IMG/VR virus record: IMGVR_UViG_3300028914_000062
Span: 1 to 64,000 of that record
DNA from: a virus
Lineage: Duplodnaviria; Caudoviricetes
Reading direction: 5' to 3' (one strand)
DNA: 64,000 bases
The notes beneath the pieces are model-generated. The model searched no databases. It saw nothing but the letters and a program-made list of their open reading frames with translations, and had not been told where the DNA came from. Positions 1-9,706 of this stretch are shown here, in pieces; the stretch's first letter is position 1; each line of letters opens with the position of its first letter. A program made the position numbers and the translations under genes.

Positions 1-6
1 GCCGTT

Positions 7-24
7 TGTCAAGTGATATTTCAC
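7..24 (-). promoter_or_regulatory. Promoter -35 (TTGACA) plus adjacent GTGA-N4-TCAC palindrome; -10 lies outside the window
   Basis: tgtcaa-gtgatatttcac, the same unit as 14 other copies in the window. Confidence 0.7.
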
Positions 25-104
25 CTTTTTTGAAAATTTTTTCTCCCTCGCTCCGTCTCAAACCCCAAAGAGACGTTAATAAAAATAAGCGAGGGAGAAG
101 TCTG

Positions 105-662
105 TTATTCTTTAAAGCTTAGTTCGTTTATAAACTGCTCGAGCAGTTCCGGCTTGTGTTTTATGGTCCAGGCAAGAGAGAAGAGATTCCACAGGGTCGC
201 CCTAGAATGAATAGATACGGGCTCCGGATCATCCGGATCGTTTCGCCCTACCTTCATCAGATGGCGGGTCGCCGAGTCTATGTAACAGTGCACTGAAATC
301 CCCTTTTCCCAGTTCCTATCCGAGTACTTTTTGGCCCCGTCCTCGTACTGCTTCGAGACCTCGATCAGGGCTGTATACGGATCAGGGAACAGCATCTGGG
401 CCTCAATCACCATTGCCATGTACAAAAACTGGGGTTGTGGTTCGTCTGATCTACAAGAATCGATAAACTTGCTGATCGCCTGCAGCACCAGAGCGGCTCC
501 TTTCTGGAACGTAAGCTTCTTCTCGGTTGTTGTGTATGCCTCCAGGAATGATGCAGCCACGTCCAAGGGCACCAGGTCCATCCTGCCTTTTCCTTCGGCC
601 AGATCACGCACTGCTCCGGTTCCGAATTCTCGGCGCTCCCCCGAGTCTGCTAGTTTTGCCAT
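105..662 (-). CDS. dATP/dGTP diphosphohydrolase-domain protein (DUF5664-like)
   Basis: Motifs GAVRD-x4-KGRMDLVP and GAKKYSDRNWEKGI-x4-YIDSA-RHL typical of this phage family. Confidence 0.75.
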   Translation of the reverse strand: MAKLADSGERREFGTGAVRDLAEGKGRMDLVPLDVAASFLEAYTTTEKKLTFQKGAALVLQAISKFIDSCRSDEPQPQFLYMAMVIEAQMLFPDPYTALIEVSKQYEDGAKKYSDRNWEKGISVHCYIDSATRHLMKVGRNDPDDPEPVSIHSRATLWNLFSLAWTIKHKPELLEQFINELSFKE

Positions 663-848
663 AAATTATTACCTCCTGTTTTGTCTGTCTTGTTCTTCTT
701 GTTTTCTTTTCGCTTCCATCTCCCAGTACGCACACTGTTCTCTCCAGAGATCAATGAGCAGCGGAGATGCAATGAGTAAAAGTATTAATAGACACTTCAT
801 TATTGTACACATCCTTTCTTTCGTCGTTCGGGGTTTGGGTTGGCCGGT

Positions 849-889
849 ATTATACCACGTAAGCGCCAGCCTGTCAAGTGATATATCAC
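849..889 (-). promoter_or_regulatory. sigmaA-type promoter with operator-like palindrome
   Basis: Minus strand GTGATATATCAC-TTGACA-17 nt-TATAAT. Confidence 0.85.
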
Positions 890-959
890 CGGTTTTAAAA
901 TGTTTTGTAATTCAGCTTATCCATAACTCAAATCTCGAGCGGTTCAGATCAGACGGGCG

Positions 960-1127
960 TTATATATCCAGCACCGCAGCTGTTGCCAGGGTCAGGCTAG
1001 CCATCAGCACCAGGATTAGCTTGGGAGTGATATAATGTGTTTCTTTTAACCTATATCCTATAAGTCCCAAGCTAGCCCCGCTGATTACGAGACTGAGTAT
1101 TCGGATTGTAAAATTAAAGGCCTACAT
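960..1127 (-). CDS. Small membrane protein (55 aa); second codon is TAG
   Basis: GGAGTG RBS, ATG-TAG-GCC-TTT..., open to TAA at 960, two hydrophobic segments; needs TAG readthrough. Confidence 0.55.
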
Positions 1128-1128
1128 G

Positions 1129-1332
1129 TTACGTCACTCCTTTTACTAATATGATTAAATTGAAGCTGGCCCAGATGATGACAACCCAGCCTACGATCAT
1201 TGCTATTATGAAAACAATGGTTTTGATCTTACCGGGTTTGGTCTTGCCGAGATTTTCGGCCAAACGCACGCCGGCTTCACCGGTCAAACCCACTCCTGCT
1301 AGTACAATCAGGAATAAAAGATATTGGTTCAC
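1129..1332 (-). CDS. Small two-TM membrane protein
   Basis: Hydrophobic ORF directly downstream of a consensus promoter. Confidence 0.6.
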   Translation of the reverse strand: MNQYLLFLIVLAGVGLTGEAGVRLAENLGKTKPGKIKTIVFIIAMIVGWVVIIWASFNLIILVKGVT

Positions 1333-1361
1333 GTCGCACTGGGCCCCCTTTCACTTTCTTC

Positions 1362-1402
1362 ATTATACCACGCTTTTTCGGATTTGTCAAGCGTTATCTG
1401 AC
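1362..1402 (-). promoter_or_regulatory. sigmaA-type promoter with degenerate palindrome
   Basis: TTGACA-17-TATAAT on the minus strand. Confidence 0.75.
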
Positions 1403-2523
1403 ATTTTTTCGAAATTTTTTCTGATTTTTTCTACATTTTTCTTGATGGCCTCAATCAGAAGATCCACCTGCTCAGGACCGTTCCAGTAACCCAGGGAAAT
1501 CCTGATCGACTCGTCTGCTTCGAAGCCGCTCAGCCCCATCGCTGTCAGAACATGGCTCGGATCCAAATCACCAGTCGTGCACGCACTTCCTGTGGAGATC
1601 TGATAACCTTCCTGATCCAGCTGAAGCACAAGGGCATCACCTGGTATGCCGGGGAATCTGAGATTGACAATACCGGGGAGATGTGAGTCTGGGCAACCGT
1701 TGACGACGGCACCGATATCTTTCAGCTGATCTATAATCCGGCTACGAAGCACTTCGAGTCTGCACATTTCTTCCCGCAAATAATTTAAACTCATCTCTGC
1801 AGCGACGCCAAACCCAACGATGCCGGGTACGTTCTCGGTTCCTGCTCGCAGCCCGTCTTCCTGAGCTCCACCTGTAATCAGAGCAGCCGGCTTCGGAGCT
1901 CCCTTCCTGACGAAGAGGCATCCGATTCCTTTGGGACCATACAACTTATGAGCGCTGATCGAAAGATAATCCACTCCCAGGGCCTTGACATCGATCGGGA
2001 TATGACCGGCCGCCTGCACAGCATCGGTATGGACCCAGCAATCTCTTGCGTGGGCCAATTCACAAACCCATCTGACGTTCTGGATCGTACCCACCTCATT
2101 ATTGGCCAGCATCACCGACACCAGGGACTTGGGTTGCAAATCTTTCAGCTCATTCATAATAAGCAATCCGTGCTGATCAACCGCCAGCTTATGCCAGGTC
2201 ATGTACTGATCCGTATCCAGGATCGCCTCCATCGTATGCAGCACTGCGTGGTGCTCAATGGCCGACGTATAAATCGTATCCACAGGGGCTCCCCTGAGTA
2301 TTAAGTTGTCTGCTTCTGTTCCGCCTGAGGTAAAATAGATCTCCTCCGGCTCTGCGTTTATTAATCTGGCGACTTTCTCTCTTGCTTCATCTACAAGCTT
2401 CCTCGCATCTTGTGCCAGAGAATGCGCTGCCGAGGGATTGCCGTAGACTTGAGCTGCTCGTACCATGGCCTCGATTACTTCGGGGTAAGGACGAGTCGTC
2501 GCCGCATTATCAAAATAAGGCAT
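1387..2523 (-). CDS. iscS: Cysteine desulfurase (IscS/NifS family)
   Basis: YFDNAATT, FTSGGTEADN, HTDAVQ, SAHKLYGPKG (PLP lysine), RAGTEN, STGSAC catalytic Cys. Confidence 0.95.
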   Translation of the reverse strand: MPYFDNAATTRPYPEVIEAMVRAAQVYGNPSAAHSLAQDARKLVDEAREKVARLINAEPEEIYFTSGGTEADNLILRGAPVDTIYTSAIEHHAVLHTMEAILDTDQYMTWHKLAVDQHGLLIMNELKDLQPKSLVSVMLANNEVGTIQNVRWVCELAHARDCWVHTDAVQAAGHIPIDVKALGVDYLSISAHKLYGPKGIGCLFVRKGAPKPAALITGGAQEDGLRAGTENVPGIVGFGVAAEMSLNYLREEMCRLEVLRSRIIDQLKDIGAVVNGCPDSHLPGIVNLRFPGIPGDALVLQLDQEGYQISTGSACTTGDLDPSHVLTAMGLSGFEADESIRISLGYWNGPEQVDLLIEAIKKNVEKIRKNFEKMSDNA

Positions 2524-2547
2524 ATAAGCCCTCCTTTCTTACGGTAT

Positions 2548-2588
2548 ATTATAACACAAAGTTTTCCATTTGTCAAGCGATATATCAC
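2548..2588 (-). promoter_or_regulatory. sigmaA-type promoter with palindrome, upstream of iscS
   Basis: GTGATATATCGC-TTGACA-17-TATAAT. Confidence 0.85.
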
Positions 2589-2596
2589 CAAAATTA

Positions 2597-2630
2597 TAAA
2601 AAACCTCCCCAAGGAGGTAAGGGGAGGTTA
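2597..2630 (-). terminator. Rho-independent terminator
   Basis: AACCTCCCC/GGGGAGGTT stem followed by a T-run on the minus strand. Confidence 0.6.
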
Positions 2631-2812
2631 TCGACACGACTACTCAATTAAATAGTCGTAGAAGTAGGCATTTTTAAGGATGGGTATTTTGCGCCTGTTT
2701 CTGCTTAGGAAAACGAGGACATATACCCCTTGGTAATATAAATTCCTTCCTAAGGGGAGATAGGCGTCAAATGCTCACCATCTGGTGAGGAAAATCGGGT
2801 AAAGTCGGCATT

Positions 2813-3163
2813 TTACCGAGAATTGTTTTCTCGCCATTTCCGTAAACGTTCAGCAGCTGCCTGTTTCTGCTCTTCGTTCACTATATTCGCCACCGGCTTC
2901 TTCGTCCTAAAACTTATGCAGTTTAAGTCTATTTTGTAAATAATGCCGGTGACCTCTCCTGCTGCGTTGGTATGTTCTTTTTCAATAACAGCGGTTCCTC
3001 CATCGACGCATTTATCCAGTTTGGTAATCATGGGACCTTCACAGGTATAGATCGAGTACGACCCATCCCCATTCACATGGTTAATTACAGTTTCTCTTTC
3101 TTCTACGGGTCCCAGGTTATAATTACGCGTTTTCATGATCAGACGTATCTCCTTCCGGAACAA
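2813..3163 (-). CDS. Hypothetical protein, paralog of the upstream gene
   Basis: RNYNLGPVEERET resembles RVYNLDPPEKQHT in the neighbour; real start probably MKTRNY. Confidence 0.6.
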   Translation of the reverse strand: MFRKEIRLIMKTRNYNLGPVEERETVINHVNGDGSYSIYTCEGPMITKLDKCVDGGTAVIEKEHTNAAGEVTGIIYKIDLNCISFRTKKPVANIVNEEQKQAAAERLRKWRENNSR

Positions 3164-3428
3164 AAATCTTGATATTCTCCTCGGGGATCTCGTATTCGAT
3201 GGCGGTTACTCTACCCTTCCAGTCTTTATATTCGATACTGCGCACCCTGGAGTCTCCTTTGGCCAAAGCATCACACTGTCTAATCCAGCGAAGACTATTG
3301 GTCCAGATACGAGCCATCGGCTTCCGGCTTATACTTATTCGAGTATGCTGTTTTTCGGGCGGATCTAAATTGTAAACTCTTTCGTTCATGAGTGGCTCCT
3401 TTCCCAGTCCTTTTTGACGAATTCCCAC
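3123..3428 (-). CDS. Hypothetical protein
   Basis: ORF, start probably at MNERVY after an AGGAG RBS. Confidence 0.55.
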   Translation of the reverse strand: MGIRQKGLGKEPLMNERVYNLDPPEKQHTRISISRKPMARIWTNSLRWIRQCDALAKGDSRVRSIEYKDWKGRVTAIEYEIPEENIKIFVPEGDTSDHENA

Positions 3429-3610
3429 GAGAAGTCAATGACCTCCCCGTACTCCTCCTCCAGATACTCCTGTATGGCCTCAGTTATAAGGTTTATGGTA
3501 TTGGGGTCTCGATCTTTGATAACGTCTACTATTAGGATTAGGCTGAAGGGTTCGAAACCCTCAATCTAAATATCAGACACCAGGATCTCCTCGGGATATT
3601 TCTTTTTCAT
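3386..3610 (-). CDS. Acidic hypothetical protein with one in-frame TAG
   Basis: MKKKYPEEILVSDI-TAG-IEGFEPF... open to TGA; overlaps the previous stop as ATGA. Confidence 0.55.
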
Positions 3611-3879
3611 ACGATGTCCTCCTCGATGCTAACTATAGTGTCCTCGATGGGCTTATAAGCATATTTGAAGTCTTTAGGGTCCACACCCAGCAAATACTTA
3701 ATGTAATTGCGGATCTGCTTTTGAACTTGGACCCCGATCGCCTCAGTAGCGTCATAATCATATAACGCAGTAAACACAACGTTCGTCGGCAGCGGTGAGA
3801 TATGCTTCGAAGGCAGATCCTCATAAGTAATGTTCGACGCATGCACACGAAGATAGGCACAGTTCATGATTTTTGTCAT
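3607..3879 (-). CDS. Hypothetical protein
   Basis: Start MTKIM after AGGAGG RBS, downstream of promoter 3911-3951. Confidence 0.6.
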   Translation of the reverse strand: MTKIMNCAYLRVHASNITYEDLPSKHISPLPTNVVFTALYDYDATEAIGVQVQKQIRNYIKYLLGVDPKDFKYAYKPIEDTIVSIEEDIV

Positions 3880-3910
3880 TGGTTTCGTCCTCCTTGAATT
3901 TGATGGCATT

Positions 3911-3951
3911 ATTATACCACGATCCCGATCATTTGTCAAGCGAGATTTCAC
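3911..3951 (-). promoter_or_regulatory. sigmaA-type promoter with palindrome
   Basis: GTGAAATCTCGC-TTGACA-17-TATAAT. Confidence 0.85.
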
Positions 3952-4074
3952 CTTTTTTGAAATTATTTTTTCCTGGTGAGGAAAAGGTAAATTGCCAGTC
4001 CGATGATTACGAGGGCTACGATTACGGAGATTGGTATCCATAGGATGTTGATTAGATTTTCCATGAGCGGCTCC

Positions 4075-4248
4075 TTATAGTTGAAAGTTAAATAATAGGC
4101 ATAGGACGGCAAGTACTACGAAAAGTACGGCTCCGATGCCGATGCCGAATAAGACTGATGCTAAGGTATCGCAGTCGGAGAATTTGAGGCAGCATGATGC
4201 GAGTACTCCTATGCAGAAGGCGATGATGAAGAAAAATAGGTATATCAT
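4075..4248 (-). CDS. Small two-TM membrane protein
   Basis: AGGAGG RBS, MIYLFFFIIAFCIGVLAS...LFVVLAVLCLLFNFQL. Confidence 0.55.
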   Translation of the reverse strand: MIYLFFFIIAFCIGVLASCCLKFSDCDTLASVLFGIGIGAVLFVVLAVLCLLFNFQL

Positions 4249-4329
4249 AGTTGAAGACTCCTCCTTGTAAAATTTCTGGGTTGATATATAGAAAGGGCGT
4301 TATCAATTTCCCTATTCAAGTACAATCCT

Positions 4330-4650
4330 CTTGTACTTCAAGACGAAAATCAATCCCTATTATTATTCCCATTACCCTTACCATTACCATTCCCTTTATT
4401 ACTCTTATAACTCCTATAACCACTACCATCCTTACCCCTATTATTACCTTCCCTATTATTATACCCTTTCTACTACACTCTCTATTCCTCTTATAATTAT
4501 TATACCCTATCCAGTATAATAACCACTATTATTCTTCAAATTGATATTATAGAGAAAATATATAAAATAATAACTTTAAGGGGGAGGGGGGTACTACTGA
4601 CGTCTAATATAATATAATATATATAGGCGGAGGTGATACCCCCCCCTCTG
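4330..4650. other. Non-coding strand-skewed low-complexity tract plus G/C-arm inverted repeat; candidate replication origin
   Basis: Nearly G-free tattaccc-like periodic tract, then GGGGGGTA...AT-rich spacer...TACCCCCCC; next to a putative initiator gene. Confidence 0.35.
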
Positions 4651-4665
4651 GACTTACTCTTTTAT

Positions 4666-5862
4666 CTAACCAAAAGTAAGAACAGTTCTCTTATAAGATT
4701 CAAAGGTCTCATTATTTTCAACAAGATAAGCTTGAAGATCAAGAAGCTTTTGAGCAACTTCTGCTCGAGCATCCGCTTTGCCTTCGAGCACTTCTTCATC
4801 GCTCAAGAAGGACTCGGCGTCGTGTCCATCCACAAAATATTGTAAAATCTGCTTATTGATTTCTTCAATCTTTTGACGGTAAAGAACATTGGGAGAAACA
4901 TTGGGAAATTTTTCAAACTCGGCTCGAATTAACTCATTCGGGAAAAACCGGATTTGATAAATCCATTGATAATCAGCCCAACCAAAATCACCGTGTGCTT
5001 GATTCTTGCAATCTTGCTTATAAACCATCCAAAGCTTTTGATTAAAAAGAACAAACTTGCGAGAGGGATCCAGTTTATACTTTTTCAGCAAAACTTCATT
5101 CTCCATAAGAACGGCTTGAGCCTGCTCGTTTTCCGTAGCAAGAAGATAATTACCATTTTGATCCTTATACTTAATCTTTTTAGCATAAGTGATAAGTCCC
5201 CGGTTTTGCATTGACTCAAGAGCGTCTCGGATTACTTGACTGATTTTATGGTTCATTATCATAATGAAATCGGCCCACTCGGTCTCGTCGTGCTCGTTGA
5301 AAAATTCGTTCCTTAACTTGGGGTCGTGCAACTGATTGAGATAATGAAAATAATTTGGAGTACGAAGACCAAGGATGGTAAACAATTTATTAGTGGTTAC
5401 TTCAATACAACAAATATAGCGTCGATCCATCTCAACTCGAGGTGCATTTTCCTGTGCCAAAAGCAAAAGGAGAAGGGTTTGAATTGACTGAGTATAAAAT
5501 CCTTGTGGATTACGAGGAACTTGAGAAATTTCCGTAATCGTAATCACTCCCGTTGTTTCGTTCCTTTTCCACCTAAAGAACCTTTCAAGGTGCTGCTTTT
5601 GTTTCTTTTTATTTTTCCCGCCTTCGGCTCGTTTAATCCCAAGAGTATTAAATAAATCCGCATAAGTTGCAAAAGTCTAACCTACACAAAGGCGCTGGCT
5701 AACCAGAATGGCAAAATCTTTATCTTTTTGAGTTTTTGTTCCCAGGGTTTGAGGAGTCAACGAAAGTTCCGTTAACTCCTCGATTTGCTGAGCTTGTTCA
5801 ACTGGGTAATAAACCCTTTCGTTCCTGTTATCCCTTGAATACTCTTCTTTGTACAAACTCAT
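4666..5862 (-). CDS. Putative phage replication initiator / DNA-binding protein (one in-frame TAG at 5677)
   Basis: ORFs 5677-5952 and 4666-5547 are in frame and joined by a single TAG (LCVG-Q-TFATYADL...ITITEI); function inferred from N-terminal resemblance only. Confidence 0.5.
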
Positions 5863-6192
5863 TTGCGACCGTCCTTCTTCTTCCTTTTCTCCTTTTCCTC
5901 TTCTTCTCTTCTCTTGGCTTCCATTTCCCAGTAGGCGCACATCTCTCTCCACCAGTCAATGATAAGAGGACTGAGACAGAGCAGGATAATAAGCAAACAC
6001 TTCATTGAATTTTCACCCCTTCATAACTTTTTCGATGATTTCCCGCAGAAGCTCGATCTACCCATCTTCGAAATCGGTGGGCATGCCCATCTGGGTTTTC
6101 TGAGCCTTGCGCTGAAATGCCTGTACATATAGGCTGCGAAGGTATCCTTCCATTTCACCCATCTGCATGTGCATCTCTCCTTTCTACCAATA

Positions 6193-6233
6193 ATTATACC
6201 ACAAACTTTTCGGTTTGTCAAGCGATATATTAC
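6193..6233 (-). promoter_or_regulatory. sigmaA-type promoter with palindrome
   Basis: TTGACA-17-TATAAT with GTAATATATCGC. Confidence 0.8.
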
Positions 6234-6448
6234 TTTTTTTCAAAAAATTTTTCGTCTCATTATACTTTCTCTTCTTCATCCTTCAACATCTTTTCTCTTG
6301 AAGACCGATTTATTGGACTTTGTGGGAGAAAAATGTTAATTCCGGGACAAATGGTGGTCCCAAGTGGGAGAAAGTGGGAAATCCCAGGGAGAAAAATCCT
6401 GGGATTTTCCCAAACCCCTGTTTTTCAGAGGAGGCTTATTATTGCAAA

Positions 6449-8437
6449 TCACCCTTTGAGAGCCTGGTATTCCTCTTCGGTGATTATCTGAACCCCCAGA
6501 GCAAGAGCCTTTTTGGTCTTTGAAGAGGTGGAGTCCTTGCCCTCGTTGGAGATTAAGTAATCGGTGTCTTTGGTTACTGAGGAGGTAAAATGACCGCCGT
6601 TGTCCTCGATGTCTTTAACCAAAGCGTCTCTATTTTCAAACTGACTAAGGGAGCCGGTGATGCAGAAGTTCTTGCCCTCCAAGGAGCCGCTCGTCTTCGG
6701 GTTGGTTACATTAAGAAGGAAACCCAGCTCGTGCAGCATATGAGCGTGATCGGTAATATACTTGTTTATGCTCTTGGAGGTCTTCTCGCCGATGCCTTCG
6801 ATATTATCTTCCCACTTGAAACCTTCCGGACCAATGGCAGTGCTTGCCATGGCGCAGAAAGTAGCGAGGGTTGAACCTTTGGACATATAGTTGGCAATAT
6901 CCTTAGCGGTGGACTTGCCGACTCCGGGGATGCCCAAAGCAGAGATTACCGAAGCGAGAGTGCAGTTCTTTGCCTTATTAATTGCTTCAACCAGATTGCG
7001 AGCAGAGGTCGTTCCAAACCCTTCAAGTTTGGCAACTTCGTCCTCGATCTTTTCAAGCTTGAATATGGAGGGGTAATCGGTTATGTATCCGACATTGTAA
7101 AGCATCTCAATGGTGGCTTCCGATATGCCTTCAATATTCATTCCTTCTCTGCTGACGAAGTGGCAGAGCATATCGATCTTCTTGGAGGTACACTGCTCGT
7201 TCGGACAGATTAAAACCTTGCGACCATTGTCCTCTGCAATCTTGGTCTCGGAAAAACATTCGGGGCAGAACTTGGGAAGAGACATGGGGCCGGAACGAGT
7301 GTAATTCTCCACGATGTGAGGTATTATCTGGTTCGCCTTAATTACAGATATCTCGTCGCCGATGCCCAACTCCAAGTCCTCGATAATGCTTACGTTAAAG
7401 AGAGAGGCTCTGGAGACTGTCGTTCCGTCGATCTCGATCGGGTCGAAGATGGCGGTGGGGTTTATGCGACCACTGCGAGTGGTGTTCCACTCAACATCTC
7501 GGAGTATCGTGCGGTTCTCTTCCTGGTAGAACTTAAAGGCGTAAGAGTGGCGAGGATGATGCGAGGTAAAGCCAAGCTCGTCTCCGTACCACCTGTCGTC
7601 AAAGGTTCCGACCAAGCCGTCTATGGGATAATGGAGATTATCAAGCTGCTCAAGCAGACTCTTCTTTGCGTCGGCAAACTGCTCTCTGCGACAGAAGTAA
7701 CGATAAGGGACAACCTCAAAGCCGTGGCAAGCAAGAGTTAAGAAGTTATCCATAACCGAAGGTCTACTGCCAAGATCAACGGCATTAACCAGTCTCCACG
7801 CCACAAAGCGAACTTTGCGACGAGCACAGACGGCGCTATCAAGCTGGCGAACTGTACCACTTACGAGATTGCGAGGATGCTTGTATTCGGTATGCTCTTT
7901 CTCGTTTATCTCTTTGAAGGTCTCCGTGTCGATAATGCACTCACCGTCGATGGTAACTGTACCAGCTGCCGCAATCTTCTTGGGAACGTTCGCAAAGGTC
8001 AAAACGGAATGAAGGATATCTTCTCCGGTCTCGCCGTCGCCTCTGGTCTCAGCAGAGATTAACTGTCCATCCTTGTAAGTCAAGGAGGCAGTAAGTCCGT
8101 CAAGTTTGCCCATGAGAACAACACCACGAGAGTCTCCTCTATTCTCGGTCCCCTTAAGGAAGTACTCGATGAACTCGGTCTCGTCGGTTGTCTTATCAAG
8201 AGAAAGCATCGGATGATTGTGTTTAACTTTCTTAAGACCCGATACCACTTGATAACCAACCGAATGAGTCGGAGAATCGGCGTACACGAGACCGTAATCG
8301 TTCTCAAGCTTCTCGAGCTCGTCGTACATCTTATCGTACTCCTGGTCAGAAATCTCGCTCTTATTCTCGTTGTAATAAGCGTTCCTGTAATGATTGAGTT
8401 TGCTGATAAGGTCTCTCATTTTGTCTGCTGGATACAT
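6449..8437 (-). CDS. ligA: NAD-dependent DNA ligase
   Basis: HPMLSLDK, KLDG adenylation motif, TRGDG, Cys4 zinc finger, HhH repeats, C-terminal BRCT. Confidence 0.97.
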   Translation of the reverse strand: MYPADKMRDLISKLNHYRNAYYNENKSEISDQEYDKMYDELEKLENDYGLVYADSPTHSVGYQVVSGLKKVKHNHPMLSLDKTTDETEFIEYFLKGTENRGDSRGVVLMGKLDGLTASLTYKDGQLISAETRGDGETGEDILHSVLTFANVPKKIAAAGTVTIDGECIIDTETFKEINEKEHTEYKHPRNLVSGTVRQLDSAVCARRKVRFVAWRLVNAVDLGSRPSVMDNFLTLACHGFEVVPYRYFCRREQFADAKKSLLEQLDNLHYPIDGLVGTFDDRWYGDELGFTSHHPRHSYAFKFYQEENRTILRDVEWNTTRSGRINPTAIFDPIEIDGTTVSRASLFNVSIIEDLELGIGDEISVIKANQIIPHIVENYTRSGPMSLPKFCPECFSETKIAEDNGRKVLICPNEQCTSKKIDMLCHFVSREGMNIEGISEATIEMLYNVGYITDYPSIFKLEKIEDEVAKLEGFGTTSARNLVEAINKAKNCTLASVISALGIPGVGKSTAKDIANYMSKGSTLATFCAMASTAIGPEGFKWEDNIEGIGEKTSKSINKYITDHAHMLHELGFLLNVTNPKTSGSLEGKNFCITGSLSQFENRDALVKDIEDNGGHFTSSVTKDTDYLISNEGKDSTSSKTKKALALGVQIITEEEYQALKG

Positions 8438-8440
8438 GTT

Positions 8441-8584
8441 TTACTCCTCTTCATCTTCAAAATTTTCTTTATAGCAATCCTCACAAAGGATTAAAAGGTC
8501 CTAGCCATATACTGCGGTATAACAGTCTTCAACGCGAATTTCGGTTCCGCACTCTTCGCACTCTACTATATCATCAGGATCCAT
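8441..8584 (-). CDS. Small zinc-finger protein (in-frame TAG at 8501)
   Basis: CEECG...TAG...LCEDC; the second CxxC pair lies after the TAG. Confidence 0.6.
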
Positions 8585-8618
8585 GTGGAGATCCTCCTTT
8601 CTCGGATTTCTTGCACCT

Positions 8619-8659
8619 ATTATACCACGATTATTTTTGTTTGTCAAGTGAAATCTCAC
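8619..8659 (-). promoter_or_regulatory. sigmaA-type promoter with palindrome, upstream of the ligA operon
   Basis: GTGAGATTTCAC-TTGACA-17-TATAAT. Confidence 0.85.
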
Positions 8660-8777
8660 CTTTTTTCAAAAAATTTTTTAATTGAAAAACCGGCGATTTT
8701 TAATGGTTTTCCCATGGTTTTCGTCGGTTTTTGATTTTTATTATATTTTTTTCTATTTTATTTGATTTTATTCGAAT

Positions 8778-9392
8778 TTATTCTAATTCTTCTGATTTTT
8801 CTTCGGTATTTTCTGCTTTCTCAAGTTTCTCTTTTTCCTCGATTTCTTTCCACGACTCGGGAATGATATCTTCTTCATCGAAGATAGTATTTAACACGGC
8901 GAGTTCGTGATTGGGACCGACGTAACCGACGATCTTGGTGTTGCCGTCCTGCTCGTGAATTATGAATGGCTTGCGAGATAACTCGGGATGGAAGCTCTCG
9001 GTAGCGATAATGTTCTCCCACTTCTCAGCCGTCTCTTGCATCTTTTTGGACACCGCTTCGGCCGTTTTCTGCATCTTTTCCAACTCTTTCAGACGAAGCT
9101 TAACTCTCTTCGCAAGAGAGGTGTAATACTTCTTAAGCATTCTCGCTCTCGCCAGCGCAGTACCAACACCAGCGTCGGGATTATCATCCACAGAACAGGT
9201 CGCTTTGCCGGAGAAAGTCTTGGGCATCTTATACTTGGCAAGTTCCTCGTTCGGTGTATAATAATTCACCTCAGGCATAAGACCTCTTTTAAGGAGAAGG
9301 TCTATGGCATCGTCTTCGCAGCCAGTCATGACAGCTACGGTGACACCCTTAAGGTTATTAACATAGTATTCTATATTACTCATCTTCTTCAT
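8778..9392 (-). CDS. Conserved phage hypothetical protein
   Basis: GKATCSVDD-x5-G-x2-LA-x2-R motif common in phages; coiled coil. Confidence 0.65.
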   Translation of the reverse strand: MKKMSNIEYYVNNLKGVTVAVMTGCEDDAIDLLLKRGLMPEVNYYTPNEELAKYKMPKTFSGKATCSVDDNPDAGVGTALARARMLKKYYTSLAKRVKLRLKELEKMQKTAEAVSKKMQETAEKWENIIATESFHPELSRKPFIIHEQDGNTKIVGYVGPNHELAVLNTIFDEEDIIPESWKEIEEKEKLEKAENTEEKSEELE

Positions 9393-9699
9393 TTTCCTCC
9401 TCGATTTCTTCTACATATTCATCTTCGTCTTCATCCACAAATTCTTCGTTTTCTTCTTCGATTTTTTCTACATATTCATCTTCATCCACAAACTCAAATT
9501 TGCCGCCATACGATCCATCGATTGGTCTCTAGGTCCACTCAACTATTGTGCAATATGTATCTGTGGTAATATGTATTTCGTTAAAGTGATATTCACTCAT
9601 TTGGTTAAGCTCGAAAAGAGTTTGGATTAACTTTTGGGGCATGCCCTTCTCCAACTCTTCGGGCACAAAAGCCATAGAGTTATATTTCAGTTGATCCAT
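9376..9699 (-). CDS. Hypothetical protein with duplicated, highly acidic C-terminal tail beyond an in-frame TAG (9529)
   Basis: Frame stays open after the TAG to TAA at 9376; FVDEDEYVEKIEEENEE occurs twice. Confidence 0.6.
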
Positions 9700-9706
9700 A
9701 ATGAAA

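Noticed and set aside
1387-2523. DndA of a phosphorothioate system
   Set aside because: No dndBCDE or ssp genes in the window
4251-4519. Ile/Thr/Pro- or Tyr/His-rich plus-strand ORFs
   Set aside because: By-products of the low-complexity skewed tract
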